Assembly (NCBI GenBank): GCA_965247115.1
Contig: CBDFGR010000003.1
Location: forward strand, 800,001 to 864,000
Direction of reading: 5' to 3'
Source: Myxococcota bacterium
Lineage (GTDB): Bacteria; Myxococcota_A; UBA9160; SZUA-336
DNA: 64,000 nt
In this document: positions 36,786-47,919 of the stretch, one piece after another
How the letters are laid out: each line of letters begins with the position of its first letter
Numbering within the stretch: the first letter of the stretch is position 1
Notes under the pieces: generated by a model
What the model saw: the letters and a program-made list of their open reading frames with translations, nothing else
The model's database searches: none
Told to the model about the DNA's origin: nothing
Position numbers and translations under genes: made by a program

Positions 36786-37952
36786 GTGACGGTCTCGCAA
36801 CGCCATGACGTGCTGATCCTGGGCGGCGGCGTAATGGGCTGTGCAACGGCCTATTTCCTCACCCGGGAAGCGCCGTCCGCGAGTGTCGCGGTGATCGAAC
36901 GCGACACGAGCTACACTCGGGCGAGCTCCGCACTGTCCGTGAGCTCCATCCGTCAGCAGTTCTCGACGCCGACCTCCATCGCCATGTCTCGCTACGGCTT
37001 CGAATTCCTCCTCGGGACCAGCACGGAGCTCGGAGTCGACCTCGGGTTGATCCAGCGCGGCTATCTGATCCTGGCAGAACCAGCGGCCATCCGAGCGCAG
37101 GGCGAACGCGTGCAGCTGCAACGGGCCTGTGGCGCCGACGTCGAGCTCCTCGACCCCTCCGAGCTCGAGCGCCGATACCCTTGGCTGAATGTGAAGGGCG
37201 TTGGCGGAGCGAGTTATGGCGCGTCGGGGGAGGGCTGGTTCGACGGTCCGGCTTTGCATCAGGCCTTCCGGCGGCGGGCGAGAGCCCGCGGCGTCGCTTT
37301 TCTGCGGGGCGAGGTGGCCACGCTCGCGCACGTGGCAAACCGGATCACGCGCGCGGAGCTGACCGACGGCACTCGACTGAGCGCCGACGTGTACGTGAAC
37401 GCGTGCGGACCCTGGGCAGCGGACATCATGCCCGCTGGCTTGCCGGCGCTCCCGATCGTGCCGCGCAAGCGACAGGTGTTCGTGGTTCGCACCGAGCACC
37501 AGGTGGTCAACATGCCCATGGTGATGGATCCGAGCGGCATCTGGTGCCGGCCCGAAGGCGCTGGTTACATCTGCGGCAAAGCCCCAGACGCGGCCAACGA
37601 TCCCGACGGAGCACCGCTCGAGGTGGAGCATGCTCAGTTCGAGAACGAGATCTGGCCCCGGCTCGCCCACCGGATTCCGGCCTTCCAGGCGCTCAAGGTC
37701 ACCACCGCCTGGGCGGGCTACTACGAATACTGCACGTTCGATCAGAACGCCGTCATCGGGGCGATCCCTGGCGCTTCCAATCTGCTCGTCCTGAGCGGCT
37801 TCTCCGGCCACGGCCTCCAGCATGCGCCAGCCGGGGGCCGTGGGATAGCCGAGATCATCGTGCACGGGAGCTATCGGACACTCGATCTATCGCCGCTCGG
37901 CTACCAACGCCTGCTGGATGACGCGCCGATGGTCGAGGCCAACGTGTACTGA
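36786..37952 (+). CDS. FAD-dependent oxidoreductase (DAO/FOXRED1-like)
   Basis: ILGGGVMG, SIRQQFS, WAGYYE, GFSGHGLQHAP. Confidence 0.92.
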   Translation: MTVSQRHDVLILGGGVMGCATAYFLTREAPSASVAVIERDTSYTRASSALSVSSIRQQFSTPTSIAMSRYGFEFLLGTSTELGVDLGLIQRGYLILAEPAAIRAQGERVQLQRACGADVELLDPSELERRYPWLNVKGVGGASYGASGEGWFDGPALHQAFRRRARARGVAFLRGEVATLAHVANRITRAELTDGTRLSADVYVNACGPWAADIMPAGLPALPIVPRKRQVFVVRTEHQVVNMPMVMDPSGIWCRPEGAGYICGKAPDAANDPDGAPLEVEHAQFENEIWPRLAHRIPAFQALKVTTAWAGYYEYCTFDQNAVIGAIPGASNLLVLSGFSGHGLQHAPAGGRGIAEIIVHGSYRTLDLSPLGYQRLLDDAPMVEANVY

Positions 37953-38578
37953 AAATCAAAGGGCAACGCGATACAGCGACCGGGACGAACTGGCAATCAG
38001 CACTCACTCCCCGGGCGGCCCTCCTAGAGACCGGCTCGCTCGCTGACGACATTCCAGTCCGCGCCCCGGCCCTCAGACGAATCGATAGGACGGGAAGGGC
38101 CATTGTCAGAACCCGAGAACCCGAAAACCCTCTTAAACTCCCTATCCCCTCATGAGGCTCGTGGCCGATCACGAGCGCAGCCTCTCCAAAGAACCGCGAA
38201 CCGAAACATCCGGCCTAGCCTGACCTGCAGCAGTCGTGGGCAGGCACGACAGAGCGTCACCGCGGGTCGAGACGATACACCCAGGCGGGCTTCTCCCAGC
38301 CCTCGGGGTCGGTGTCGTACTTCCGGAAGAGTTGGCAAAACGCGGCCGGACGCACCTTACTCCATCCATATCTATGGCGTCAGCTCGAGGCGGTCACTAT
38401 TGGACATTCGGGAGGCCGAGTGATTCGGCATTGCCTGCGATGACGAAGCACCGTCGCAGCCTAGCGCGGGCTCGCCTAGATCAGCTCTCGGAGTGGGTCC
38501 ACGAGCAGCAGCGAAGGCCTCCAACAGTAGGGGGCTCCGTAGTAGGCTGCTGTACGCGGGGGTGAACGGAGGCTCGCA

Positions 38579-38983
38579 ATGCAGAGAATCGTGAGACGAA
38601 TGGCTCTTCTAACACTCCTGGCGGCTGTGGTTGGCTTACCGCCAGTCGCGGCCGCACAGGCAGAAGGACCCGCGGAAAGGCGTGTCATCCTGTTCGAAGT
38701 CCAACCAGGTCAGCTGGACGAATTCCTGCAGCGTCAGTCGCAGGCAATGGCGATTAGGAAGCGCCTCGGCGTCCCGGCTTCGCGGATCTTCCGGGCGACC
38801 TTCGCCGGACCCAACACGAACACCGTCTCGATCGTGATCGATCACCCTAGCCTGGACGCGTTCGCAGCAAACAACGCGAGACTGTATGCCGATTCGGAGT
38901 TTCAGAGCTGGCTCGAGGAGCTCCTGAAGTCCGGAATCGGTCGGCTCGTCTCGGACAGCCTGCTGGTCGAGATCACGCCCTAA
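38579..38983 (+). CDS. Secreted protein, NIPSNAP/dimeric alpha-beta barrel-like
   Basis: Signal peptide ending AQA; EVQPGQLDEF pattern; GGAGG SD. Confidence 0.7.
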   Translation: MQRIVRRMALLTLLAAVVGLPPVAAAQAEGPAERRVILFEVQPGQLDEFLQRQSQAMAIRKRLGVPASRIFRATFAGPNTNTVSIVIDHPSLDAFAANNARLYADSEFQSWLEELLKSGIGRLVSDSLLVEITP

Positions 38984-39211
38984 GGCCACCTCCGCACGAT
39001 CGAATTCCGTGATTCTCAGGGGGACTCTGCTACAAGTCGCGTCGCCCTCGGCTCCTTCTGCGTGACGACCGAGTATTCGCTGAGCGGCGACAATCGCGAG
39101 CCCCACGTCGCCAAGGTCCGGAGCTCGCTTCCGACAGCGCTGGAGTTTATGCATCGTATCGGACGTATAATGAGGCTTCGCATCCTATCGCCCAGGAACG
39201 GAGGCATCTAG

Positions 39212-40591
39212 ATGACAGCGATACAAGACGGGTTGAGTCAGGAAGAGATCAAGGACCTTCGTGAAAAGGCAGGGGAACATGTCTGGCTTCCCTATACACC
39301 GATCGCTGGGCACCACAATCCGGAAGTCATGCAGATCTTTGTTTCCGGAGAGGGTATCCGAGTCACAGATATCGATGGCAAAAGCTACATCGATGCTTTT
39401 GCAGGTCTGATGTACAAGGCCATTGGCTATGGCCGCGAGGAGGTCATCGACGCTGCTAATGAGCAGATGCATCAAATAGCGTCCTCGCCCATGTTTCATC
39501 ACGGAACGATTCCGGCGATTCGACTGGCAGCCAAACTGGCGGAGGTGACGCCGGGTAGTCTCTCTAGAGTTCATTACGTGACGGGAGGATCCGAAGCCAA
39601 CGAGGTTTCCGTCAAGATCGCAAAGCAATATCAGAAGCTTGCAGGTTTCAGTGGTCGGTACAAGATCATTGCGAGGGAAGGGGAGTACCACGGCTTCACT
39701 CATATGGCGATGGCCCTGGGCAAGGCCGGCGGGGGGATCTATTCGGTGTTCGAGCCCCTTACGCCTGGTGTTCGGCATATCCCCCACCCGTATTGTTATC
39801 GCTGCCCGCTGGGTTTGGAATACCCGAGTTGCGGTGTCGCCTGCGCTAAGTCGCTGGAGAGCACGATCCTCAATGAGGGTCCGGAGTCCGTGGCTGCGTT
39901 CCTCACTGCTTCGGTTTCCCAGCAGACTCCGATGGCTGTTCCTCCTCCCGAGTACTGGCCGATGATCAAATCCATCTGCGAAAAATACGGTGTTCTTTTC
40001 ATCGATGACGAGGTCGTTTGCGGATTCGGCCGAACCGGCGAGTGGTTCGGGATCGATAATTGGGACGTCGTACCGGACATCATGTCGATCGCCAAGGGGG
40101 TTACGAGCGGATACATGGCTCTCGGGGCCTCGATCGCCACGAAAGAAATCAGCGACCAGTTCGAGGAGGGTGGGGACATCCTTCGGAATGTGACGACATT
40201 CGGTGGAATGCCGGGGAGCTGTGCGGCCGGCTTGGCCAACCTGGAAATCATCGAGAACGAGAATTTGGTGGAGAGGGCAGCATCCCTGGGTACATACGTC
40301 TCGGAGCAGTTGCAGGCTTTGAACGACCACCCCCTGGTGGGAGACATTCGCGGATTGGGCCTGTTTTGGGGTATCGAATTGGTCAAGGACAAAGAGACCA
40401 AGGAACCGCTTCATCCACTGAAAGACGTCGCCAATATCACATCGAAGCTCAAAGAATTGGGGCTGATCACTCGGGTGGACAACGGTACGATCCGTTTCGT
40501 ACCACCTCTGGTCATCACCAAAGACGAGATCGACGAGACCATTACCATTTTTGATACGGCCATCGGCCAGCTCGAGAAGGAGCTGCTCTAG
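39212..40591 (+). CDS. Class III PLP aminotransferase
   Basis: GGSEAN, YHG, DEVVCGFGRTG, SIAKGVTSGY. Confidence 0.95.
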   Translation: MTAIQDGLSQEEIKDLREKAGEHVWLPYTPIAGHHNPEVMQIFVSGEGIRVTDIDGKSYIDAFAGLMYKAIGYGREEVIDAANEQMHQIASSPMFHHGTIPAIRLAAKLAEVTPGSLSRVHYVTGGSEANEVSVKIAKQYQKLAGFSGRYKIIAREGEYHGFTHMAMALGKAGGGIYSVFEPLTPGVRHIPHPYCYRCPLGLEYPSCGVACAKSLESTILNEGPESVAAFLTASVSQQTPMAVPPPEYWPMIKSICEKYGVLFIDDEVVCGFGRTGEWFGIDNWDVVPDIMSIAKGVTSGYMALGASIATKEISDQFEEGGDILRNVTTFGGMPGSCAAGLANLEIIENENLVERAASLGTYVSEQLQALNDHPLVGDIRGLGLFWGIELVKDKETKEPLHPLKDVANITSKLKELGLITRVDNGTIRFVPPLVITKDEIDETITIFDTAIGQLEKELL

Positions 40592-40635
40592 AAGAGCTGA
40601 GCCAGAAATCTGCGCCAGCGATCAAGGAGGATGTC

Positions 40636-41346
40636 GTGTCGAGTGATCAAAGTCCCCTGTGCATCGTGATTGGAATTGGCCCTGGCACGGGGCTCGCTCT
40701 TGCCAAGAAGTTTGCGAAGGAGGGCTGCCGTCTCGCTTTCACGGCGCGCAACCCCGAACACCTCCGCAACTACGAATCCGAGATTCCCGAGAGCCGGGGC
40801 TACGTTTACGATGTGAGGGATGTCGAGGCGGCCGCTCAGGTGCTGGGTAAGATTCGCAGGGAACACGGGCCGCCCTCGATCGTGCTCTACAATACCGGGC
40901 CCGGGGCTTTCGTCGACATCGACAAGGCCACCGTGGAGGACCTTCAATCCAGTTGGGAGATCAATACGCGGGGCCTTTTCGCGGTCACGAAAGCAATCCT
41001 GCCCGACCTTCGTGCTCAGACTGGCGCGAACCTGATGGTCATGGGTGCCACGGCTGCTCTTCGCGGGCGCGCGGAGTCCCTGCCCTTCGCACAGGCCAAG
41101 GCTTCCCAGCGCAGCTTGGCTCAGTCATTGGCTCGTCGTCTTGGCCGCGAGAAGATCCACGTCTCGTACTTCGTCCTAGACGGAGTGATCAACACGCCGG
41201 AAGCCACAAAGTTCGCACCCGACGCGCCACCCGAGTTCTTTCTCGATGCAGCCGGGATTGCCGAGGCCGCCTACGCAATCGCCCAGCAACCCGAACAGGC
41301 ATGGTCGTTCGAAGTCGATCTTCGGCCTTTCGGCGAGAAGTGGTAA
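40636..41346 (+). CDS. SDR family oxidoreductase
   Basis: GIGPGTG, GATAALRG, FAQAK, EVDLRPFGEKW. Confidence 0.92.
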   Translation: MSSDQSPLCIVIGIGPGTGLALAKKFAKEGCRLAFTARNPEHLRNYESEIPESRGYVYDVRDVEAAAQVLGKIRREHGPPSIVLYNTGPGAFVDIDKATVEDLQSSWEINTRGLFAVTKAILPDLRAQTGANLMVMGATAALRGRAESLPFAQAKASQRSLAQSLARRLGREKIHVSYFVLDGVINTPEATKFAPDAPPEFFLDAAGIAEAAYAIAQQPEQAWSFEVDLRPFGEKW

Positions 41347-41407
41347 ACCGCGAATAGATCACAGATCGACTGGTAGGGCTGGCTCCGCTGGCCCAAAATC
41401 TCGTCTC

Positions 41408-42043
41408 ATGGACGAGGAGCGAATCGCGCGCTTCAATGCGGCTCAGCGAGAGGCCTTCGACCGCTCCCATCACCTCTTTCTGGTCGATCTCCCGGACGCC
41501 GTGGTCGAGAGGATGGAGCGGATCGTGGCCACGGCGGCGATCCGCCCGGGCGAGGTTGTCCTCGACGTAGGCACGGGGACGGGAGCGCTGATCCCCCAGA
41601 TTCGACGTTACGGGCCGGGCCGGGTCTTCGCGTGCGACCTATCGCCCAGGATGCTGGAGCAGGTGGCACGCCGCTACTCCGAGGTCGAGCGTCATCTGTG
41701 CGACGTGCGCCAGCTCGCGCTTCCGGACGACGCCGTCGACGTCGTGTTCATGAATGGGATGTACGGCAATATCATCGACAAGGAAGGTGCGCTTTCGAAC
41801 CTCGTCCGCATGCTCGCGCCCGGTGGGAGGGTCGTGATCAGTCATCCCGAGGGCCGCGGTTTCGTGGCGCAGCTGGCCCGCGCCGCGCCCTTTCCTATCA
41901 CAGCGCTCCCGTCCGAAGCCGAGGCCCGCTCCTTTCTCGGCTCGTTCGGGCTCACCTTGAGCCGCTACGTCGATGAGGAGAAGCTGTTCATCGCGCTGGC
42001 GCTGCGGGCACCGAACTCTGACGCATCGGCTTTGCGACGATGA
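41408..42043 (+). CDS. Class I SAM-dependent methyltransferase
   Basis: VLDVGTGTG, LAPGG. Confidence 0.9.
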   Translation: MDEERIARFNAAQREAFDRSHHLFLVDLPDAVVERMERIVATAAIRPGEVVLDVGTGTGALIPQIRRYGPGRVFACDLSPRMLEQVARRYSEVERHLCDVRQLALPDDAVDVVFMNGMYGNIIDKEGALSNLVRMLAPGGRVVISHPEGRGFVAQLARAAPFPITALPSEAEARSFLGSFGLTLSRYVDEEKLFIALALRAPNSDASALRR

Positions 42044-42122
42044 CCTCCTTCGTCTCTCGACTTGATCCGAGCTAGCCTTCACGACATTCTATTGCGCCGG
42101 AGCTCCGGCTCAGGGAGAAATC

Positions 42123-42524
42123 ATGTTTGGTACGTTAGCCACTCAATCGGACCGAATCTTCGACGTTATGCGGATCCTGGTCGGGATCAACTTTGCCACC
42201 CACGGGGCCCAGAAGCTGCTTGGGTGGTTCGGCGGTCTCCCGGAAGGGATTCCCGCGTACATCACCTATGTGGCCGGGCCGATTGAACTGGTCGGCGGAG
42301 CACTGATCGCGATCGGACTGTTCTCGAAACCGACTGCGTTCGTCTGCAGCGGTCTGATGGCCGTGGCGTACTTCCTGGGACACGTGATCCCTGGCGGCTT
42401 CTGGCCGATTCTGAACCAGGGCGAGGTCGCGATCGCCTATTGCTGGATCTTCCTGTACCTGGCTGCGCGCGGCCCAGGCGCCTGGTCAATAGACGGTGCT
42501 CGCGCCGGGACCTCAGAGGCCTAG
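42123..42524 (+). CDS. DoxX family membrane protein
   Basis: HGAQKLLGW, GPGAWSID. Confidence 0.92.
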   Translation: MFGTLATQSDRIFDVMRILVGINFATHGAQKLLGWFGGLPEGIPAYITYVAGPIELVGGALIAIGLFSKPTAFVCSGLMAVAYFLGHVIPGGFWPILNQGEVAIAYCWIFLYLAARGPGAWSIDGARAGTSEA

Positions 42525-42615
42525 CTGGAATCCTGCTTGCCTCGAGTTCCATTCAACGGAGCTCATGCCCGACTATACTGGTGGTGAGCGGCCCAGCGCC
42601 TATGAGGAGCGGAGA

Positions 42616-43485
42616 ATGGCGAGACCCCGAGATGTTCCCGTAGTCGATTTGATGCTCATGCTCCCGGGAACGGACGGAGGGTTGCGGACGGTGCAGCGCG
42701 TGGCCCGCGACAAGGGCAGTGCCGAGATGACGCATCACCCCGCGCAGTACATGTTCAAGGCTGCGCCACAGCAAGAGAAGGACATCGATCAGGTCGTCGC
42801 GATGATGGATGAGTACGGGGTGGGAACCGCTCTCGTGGGAGTCGATGCCCAGCACCCAGAGAAGAGCCTGGCGCCCTTCGACAAGTACCCGACCCGATTC
42901 ATCGGCGAGGTGAGCGTCGACCCCAACCAGGGTATGGACGCCGTCCGCCAGCTCGAGGCGACGGTAAAGCTACACCCGAATATCGTGGCGGCAGGGGGCG
43001 CGCCGTGTCTTCTGAACCCCCAGGTTCCGATCGACGACAAGCGCTGGTACCCGATCTACGCGAAGTGCATCGAGCTCGACATTCCGATCGGCATGCTGGT
43101 CGGCGTGCCAGGCCCTCGAGTTCCGTTCAAGTGCCAGCACCCCGAGCTCCTCGACGAAGTCGCCTGGTTCTTCCCCGAGCTTCGCGTTGTGATGCGTCAT
43201 GGCGGCGATCCCTTTACGGACCTGTGTTGCAAGCTCCTGCTCAAGTGGCCAAATCTGTACTACTCGACATCGGCCTGGGCCCCGAAGCACTACCCGCGCA
43301 ACATCATCGACTTCGCGAACAAGCGCGGGCCGGACAAGTTCCTCTACGCCGGCTACTACCCCTTCCTGAGCTACGAACGCATCTTCGGCGAGATGGACGA
43401 TCTACCGTTGCGCGACGCGAGCTGGCGCCCCTTCCTGCGCGACAACGCCGTCCGCGTCTACGGCCTCGACCGCATCCTGTCCTAG
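42616..43485 (+). CDS. Amidohydrolase family 2 protein
   Basis: YPIYAKCIELDIP, FPELRVVMRHGG, SAWAPK. Confidence 0.9.
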   Translation: MARPRDVPVVDLMLMLPGTDGGLRTVQRVARDKGSAEMTHHPAQYMFKAAPQQEKDIDQVVAMMDEYGVGTALVGVDAQHPEKSLAPFDKYPTRFIGEVSVDPNQGMDAVRQLEATVKLHPNIVAAGGAPCLLNPQVPIDDKRWYPIYAKCIELDIPIGMLVGVPGPRVPFKCQHPELLDEVAWFFPELRVVMRHGGDPFTDLCCKLLLKWPNLYYSTSAWAPKHYPRNIIDFANKRGPDKFLYAGYYPFLSYERIFGEMDDLPLRDASWRPFLRDNAVRVYGLDRILS

Positions 43486-43717
43486 TCGCTCGGAGTGAGA
43501 CATGAAAGTCACGCACCAGGATCTCATCTCCCCCGTCGAACTCGCTCGCAACAACTCGAGCGCCTGCAACAGCTAATCGGATACGAGCCCGGCGGCCGGG
43601 GGCTCGGTATTATCGACGGTCTTAGAAACCCGATGGGACTACTCCAAGAGAAGTATCGCCAAACTTCGAGCGCTCACGAGAGTTCACCGACCGTCTGAAG
43701 CACACGAGGGAGGGCCG

Positions 43718-46084
43718 ATGTCACACGGGTTGCTTTCCGATTTTCGTGTCGTCGAGATCGCGCATCCGCTCACCGAGTACGCGGGGCTCGTGCTCGCGGG
43801 TCTCGGCGCGGACGTGTTCCTGATTGAACCCCCAGGCGGCGCAAGCACTCGAGCACGCGAGCCGCGCGTGCCAGACGCGGGGGACTCCCCCAGGGGCAGC
43901 GTGCCGTTCCTCGCGCGCAACGCGAACAAGAAGAGCGTCGTGATCGACGCGACCAGTTCGGATCATCAACGCTTGCTCGACGGACTGTGTAAGCGCGCAG
44001 ACGCGGTTCTGGACGTGCAACCCTCGCCGTTTCACGAGCTGGTGTCGCGGGCGAACGCAAACACCGTTGTGACCCTGACGGACAAGCGGAAGCTCGGGGT
44101 ATCGTCGATCGTGGGCTTTGCTGCAAGCGGCGGTCTGGCATCGAGCGGTTGGCCCGAGCAACCCCCCTGCAACGCGCCGTCTTGGCTGGCCCTCGATGGC
44201 GCATCGGTCTACGCCGCGACCATGGTGCTGGTGGCCGCCCTCGCACGGCAACGCGGCGCCGGGCAGATGCACTACGAGATACCCTACGAGGAAGCTGCCG
44301 TCGCGGCGATCACACCGTGGACGCGACCGCTCCTGGCGTATGAGATGCAGGCGGCGGGACAAGGTCCGGTGACGATGCGCTTGGGCTCCGGTGGTCTGCC
44401 GATCTTCGAAGCGAGTGATGGCTACGTCCGCGCACTTCCGGTGACGCCCAATCAGTGGCAGGCATTTGTCACGCTCTTGGGCAGCCCCGACGAACTGGTT
44501 ACCGGACCGTGGAGCGATGTCATGTTTCGTCTGGAGAACGCCGACGCCTTGATCATGATGTGCTCGGAGTTCACGCGTTCCCAGACCGTCGAGGCGTTGT
44601 TCCGGGAGGGACAGAAGCTTGGACTTCCCATCACGCCGGTCTATTCGCTCAATTCATTTCGCCAAGACTCGCATGTACGCGGCCGGGAAATTCTGGTCGA
44701 TGTGGTAGATCCCGAATTTGGCGCGATGGAGCTGTTTCGACCGCCAATCAAGGTCGAGCCGGATGAGTGGAACGTCGCCATCGAGCCCTCCCCGGCACTC
44801 GGTGCGCACATGGACGAGGCGCGCGCTGTGCTCACCGAGCCCCAGCCGGATGCGCCGCCCATCGCGGCGGGATTCGACGCCACCAAGCCTCTCGACGGTT
44901 TGCGCATCCTCCAGCTCGGCGTCGGCGCTGTGGTTCCCGAGGCAGCCTCTCTGCTGGCGTTATTTGGTGCCGAAGTGATCAAGGTGGAGTCGATCGTCCG
45001 CGTCGACTTTCTGCGCCAAGTGGGTCTTGCGGGACCCGCGGACGTGAACAACTGTCCAACGTTCAATCAGCTGAATCTCGGCACTACATCCATCGCCGTC
45101 GACATGTCTCAGGAAGATGGCGCCGCTCTCGTACGCAAGCTCGCTGGGACTTGCGACATGGTCATGGAGAACATGCGTGGGGGGATCGTCGAGCGCTGGG
45201 GCCTCGACTACGCGTCGGTGCGCGCCATGCGCGAAGACGTCGTCTATCTGAGCAGTCAGGGTCTCGGGCGGGGCATCTACGACGGCTTCCAGACATACGG
45301 ACCGAATCTGCAGACGTTTTCGGGCGTGACCTCGCAATGGGCGCATCTAGACGACCCCTATGCCGTTGGCACCACCCTCAACCATCCGGATCATATCGCG
45401 GGCAAGCAGGCGCTGGTGCCGCTGTTGGCGGCGCTGTTGCAGCGCGGCTCGAACGGTCACGGTTGTTTCCTGGAAGCTGCGCAGGTCGAGACTGCCGCAT
45501 ACCTGATCGCGGATCGGTACTTGCAGCAACAATTCAGCGATCACGACGTTGCGCCGCTAGGCAATCGTAGTCCGGACATGGCTCCGCACGGATGTTATCC
45601 CTGCGCGGGGGACGATCGGTGGGTTGCTATCGCGGTCGAAAACGACGACCAATGGCTGCAACTCTGTGAAGTCATTGGCGAGAGCTGGGTCCGGGATGCT
45701 GAACTCGGCGACGCCGAGGGTCGCCGAGCGCGGGTCAAGGACATCGATACGCATCTCAGTCGTTGGACGCAGATGCGAGAGGCCGCCGATGTCGAAGGGA
45801 TCTTGAGAGAAGCCGGCGTGCCGGTGTCACGCGTCGTTATCGGCGACGACATTGCATCGGACGAGGAAGGGCATGCATCGGGCTTCTTCGGCGCGGTGTC
45901 GCATCCGACCTCGGGCACTCGTTACTATACGGGAGTGCCCGTGCTGCTCGTCGGCCATGGCCGGCCTGCAACGCTGCGATCGCCGCTGTTGGGCGAGCAC
46001 ACCGAACGGGTGGTGTACAACCACCTCGGATTGACCCCCGCGGAGATGGACGAGTTGACGGCGCGTAAGGTCGTCGGCCACTAA
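43718..46084 (+). CDS. Two-domain (fused) family III CoA-transferase
   Basis: Two CaiB/BaiF modules: LAGLGADV...NANKKS and LALFGAEVIKVE...ENMR; both end in P.LG.H. Confidence 0.9.
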   Translation: MSHGLLSDFRVVEIAHPLTEYAGLVLAGLGADVFLIEPPGGASTRAREPRVPDAGDSPRGSVPFLARNANKKSVVIDATSSDHQRLLDGLCKRADAVLDVQPSPFHELVSRANANTVVTLTDKRKLGVSSIVGFAASGGLASSGWPEQPPCNAPSWLALDGASVYAATMVLVAALARQRGAGQMHYEIPYEEAAVAAITPWTRPLLAYEMQAAGQGPVTMRLGSGGLPIFEASDGYVRALPVTPNQWQAFVTLLGSPDELVTGPWSDVMFRLENADALIMMCSEFTRSQTVEALFREGQKLGLPITPVYSLNSFRQDSHVRGREILVDVVDPEFGAMELFRPPIKVEPDEWNVAIEPSPALGAHMDEARAVLTEPQPDAPPIAAGFDATKPLDGLRILQLGVGAVVPEAASLLALFGAEVIKVESIVRVDFLRQVGLAGPADVNNCPTFNQLNLGTTSIAVDMSQEDGAALVRKLAGTCDMVMENMRGGIVERWGLDYASVRAMREDVVYLSSQGLGRGIYDGFQTYGPNLQTFSGVTSQWAHLDDPYAVGTTLNHPDHIAGKQALVPLLAALLQRGSNGHGCFLEAAQVETAAYLIADRYLQQQFSDHDVAPLGNRSPDMAPHGCYPCAGDDRWVAIAVENDDQWLQLCEVIGESWVRDAELGDAEGRRARVKDIDTHLSRWTQMREAADVEGILREAGVPVSRVVIGDDIASDEEGHASGFFGAVSHPTSGTRYYTGVPVLLVGHGRPATLRSPLLGEHTERVVYNHLGLTPAEMDELTARKVVGH

Positions 46085-46144
46085 AGTTCTCCCCTCCCGA
46101 TCGTATTCGCTGTATATTGGCGCGAGAACACCCTGGAGAGCCAC

Positions 46145-46879
46145 ATGACGAAGAATGTGCTTGGGGCACTGTTAGTGATGTCTATTCTCCTTCCTGGCGA
46201 TGCACTCGCGGCGGGCGGCGGGACGTCGGGCGGGCGCGACGACATTCTCTCGGGCGGTATACACGGCGGCGAAGTGGGCGACGGGTCGATCTGGGAGCCC
46301 TCGCACCGGCGTATCAGAACGCCAGCGGAGATCGCGGAGTCCCGCTACAACTCCGGACTGAAGAGGCGCGACAAGGCGTGGACGTACGAGGCCAAGGCCG
46401 CGGATGCGACTTCCGAGAAGAAACGCGGGAAGCTCGAGCGAAAGGCACAGAAGCAGTACAGGAAGGCAGTCAAAGACTTCCGGCGGGCAGTGGAGAAGAA
46501 CCCGATCCTCTACCAGGCCCACAGCAGTTTGGGCTACGCGCTCCGCCGCACCGGGCAGTACGATGCGGCCCTCGAGGCCTATGACGAGGCGCTGCTGCTG
46601 CAGCCTGCATACACGGAGGCTATCGAGTACCGGGCCGAAGCGTACCTCGGTCTGAACCGCCTCGACGAGGTGAAGGCGGCCTACATGCAGCTGTTCAGCC
46701 TGGATCGCGTCCACGCTGACGAGCTGATGCAGGCGATGCAGACCTTCGTGCAGCAGAAACTCACGCCTGACGGATTGGCGCCAGAGGCTCTAGCGGAGTT
46801 CGCCGCCTGGGTCCAGGAACGCCACGAGCTTGCTCAGCAGACCGCGATCCTCTCGGAGGCGAAAGCCAGCCGCTGGTAG
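46145..46879 (+). CDS. Secreted tetratricopeptide repeat protein
   Basis: Signal peptide; AHSSLGYALRRTGQYDAALEAYDEAL. Confidence 0.85.
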   Translation: MTKNVLGALLVMSILLPGDALAAGGGTSGGRDDILSGGIHGGEVGDGSIWEPSHRRIRTPAEIAESRYNSGLKRRDKAWTYEAKAADATSEKKRGKLERKAQKQYRKAVKDFRRAVEKNPILYQAHSSLGYALRRTGQYDAALEAYDEALLLQPAYTEAIEYRAEAYLGLNRLDEVKAAYMQLFSLDRVHADELMQAMQTFVQQKLTPDGLAPEALAEFAAWVQERHELAQQTAILSEAKASRW

Positions 46880-47027
46880 GTTCCGGTGGATTCGAGCAGG
46901 CGTGCGAATCGTATCCCGCGACGCGCTCTTCCCGTCATCGACGATGCTGTGTGGACTACCTCGCGGCCAAAGCAGAATTCCAACTGGTAGAGTCAGGCGT
47001 ACGCTCGGAACAAGGGAAGGAGGACTC

Positions 47028-47867
47028 ATGAGTCGCCCAGCCACTGAGGCAGATCGCCCGCGGGCGTCAATCCCGGAACACTCTGCAACGGATTCGCCAG
47101 AGGAGCTGGCCAGAGCACTCGACGACGCAGGCGCTCTGGTCGTCGCCGACGTGCTGGATCGAAGCGGCCGAGAGCAGCTTCGCGCGGAGCTCGCCCCGCA
47201 CCTGGACGCGGCCACCGTCGCGCCCAGCGACGACCCGTCCGACTTCTACCCCGGACACACCCGTCGAGTCACAGCTCTCGTCGCACGCTCGGAGACGGTC
47301 GGCAAGCTCGTCATGCATCCAACCCCAACGGCGCTCTGCGACCACCACCTGAGTCCCAATTGCGAGCGCTACCAGCTTCACGTCACGGCCGCGCTATCCA
47401 TTGGCCCCGGCGCCCGCTCGCAGATCCTCCACCGCGAGGAAGACGCGTTCCCATTCTTCGCTCTGCCGCGGCCGAACCTGATCCTTGCCACGATGTGGGC
47501 CATCAGCGACTTCACGGCCGAAAACGGTGGGACGCTGCTCGTTCCGGGCAGCCATCGCTGGGACGCAGATCGGAAGCCGGAACCGGACGAGGTTGTTTCC
47601 GCGGAGATGCCGGCGGGCTCGATGCTGATCTGGCTCGGAGGCACGCTTCATGGTGCCGGGGCGAACGTATCGAACGAGTGGCGATCCGGCGTGATCCTCA
47701 CCTACTCGCTCGGCTGGCTCCGCCAGGAAGAGAACCAGTACCTCGACCTCCCGCGGCAGGCCCTGGAGGGCTTGTCGCCGGAGCTGCGCGAGAGGACGGG
47801 CCACAAGATGTGTGGAGGACTCGGCTTCTCCGATCCAAGCATCCGGCAGCCGAGGTCCCGGTCCTAG
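47028..47867 (+). CDS. Phytanoyl-CoA dioxygenase family protein
   Basis: QILHREED, NGGTLLVPGSH, LHGAGAN, WLRQEENQYL. Confidence 0.92.
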   Translation: MSRPATEADRPRASIPEHSATDSPEELARALDDAGALVVADVLDRSGREQLRAELAPHLDAATVAPSDDPSDFYPGHTRRVTALVARSETVGKLVMHPTPTALCDHHLSPNCERYQLHVTAALSIGPGARSQILHREEDAFPFFALPRPNLILATMWAISDFTAENGGTLLVPGSHRWDADRKPEPDEVVSAEMPAGSMLIWLGGTLHGAGANVSNEWRSGVILTYSLGWLRQEENQYLDLPRQALEGLSPELRERTGHKMCGGLGFSDPSIRQPRSRS

Positions 47868-47919
47868 AACCGAGAGACCTCCCCGGTCTCAGGGAGGACA
47901 GGCGCCGCCTGCTCTTCTA

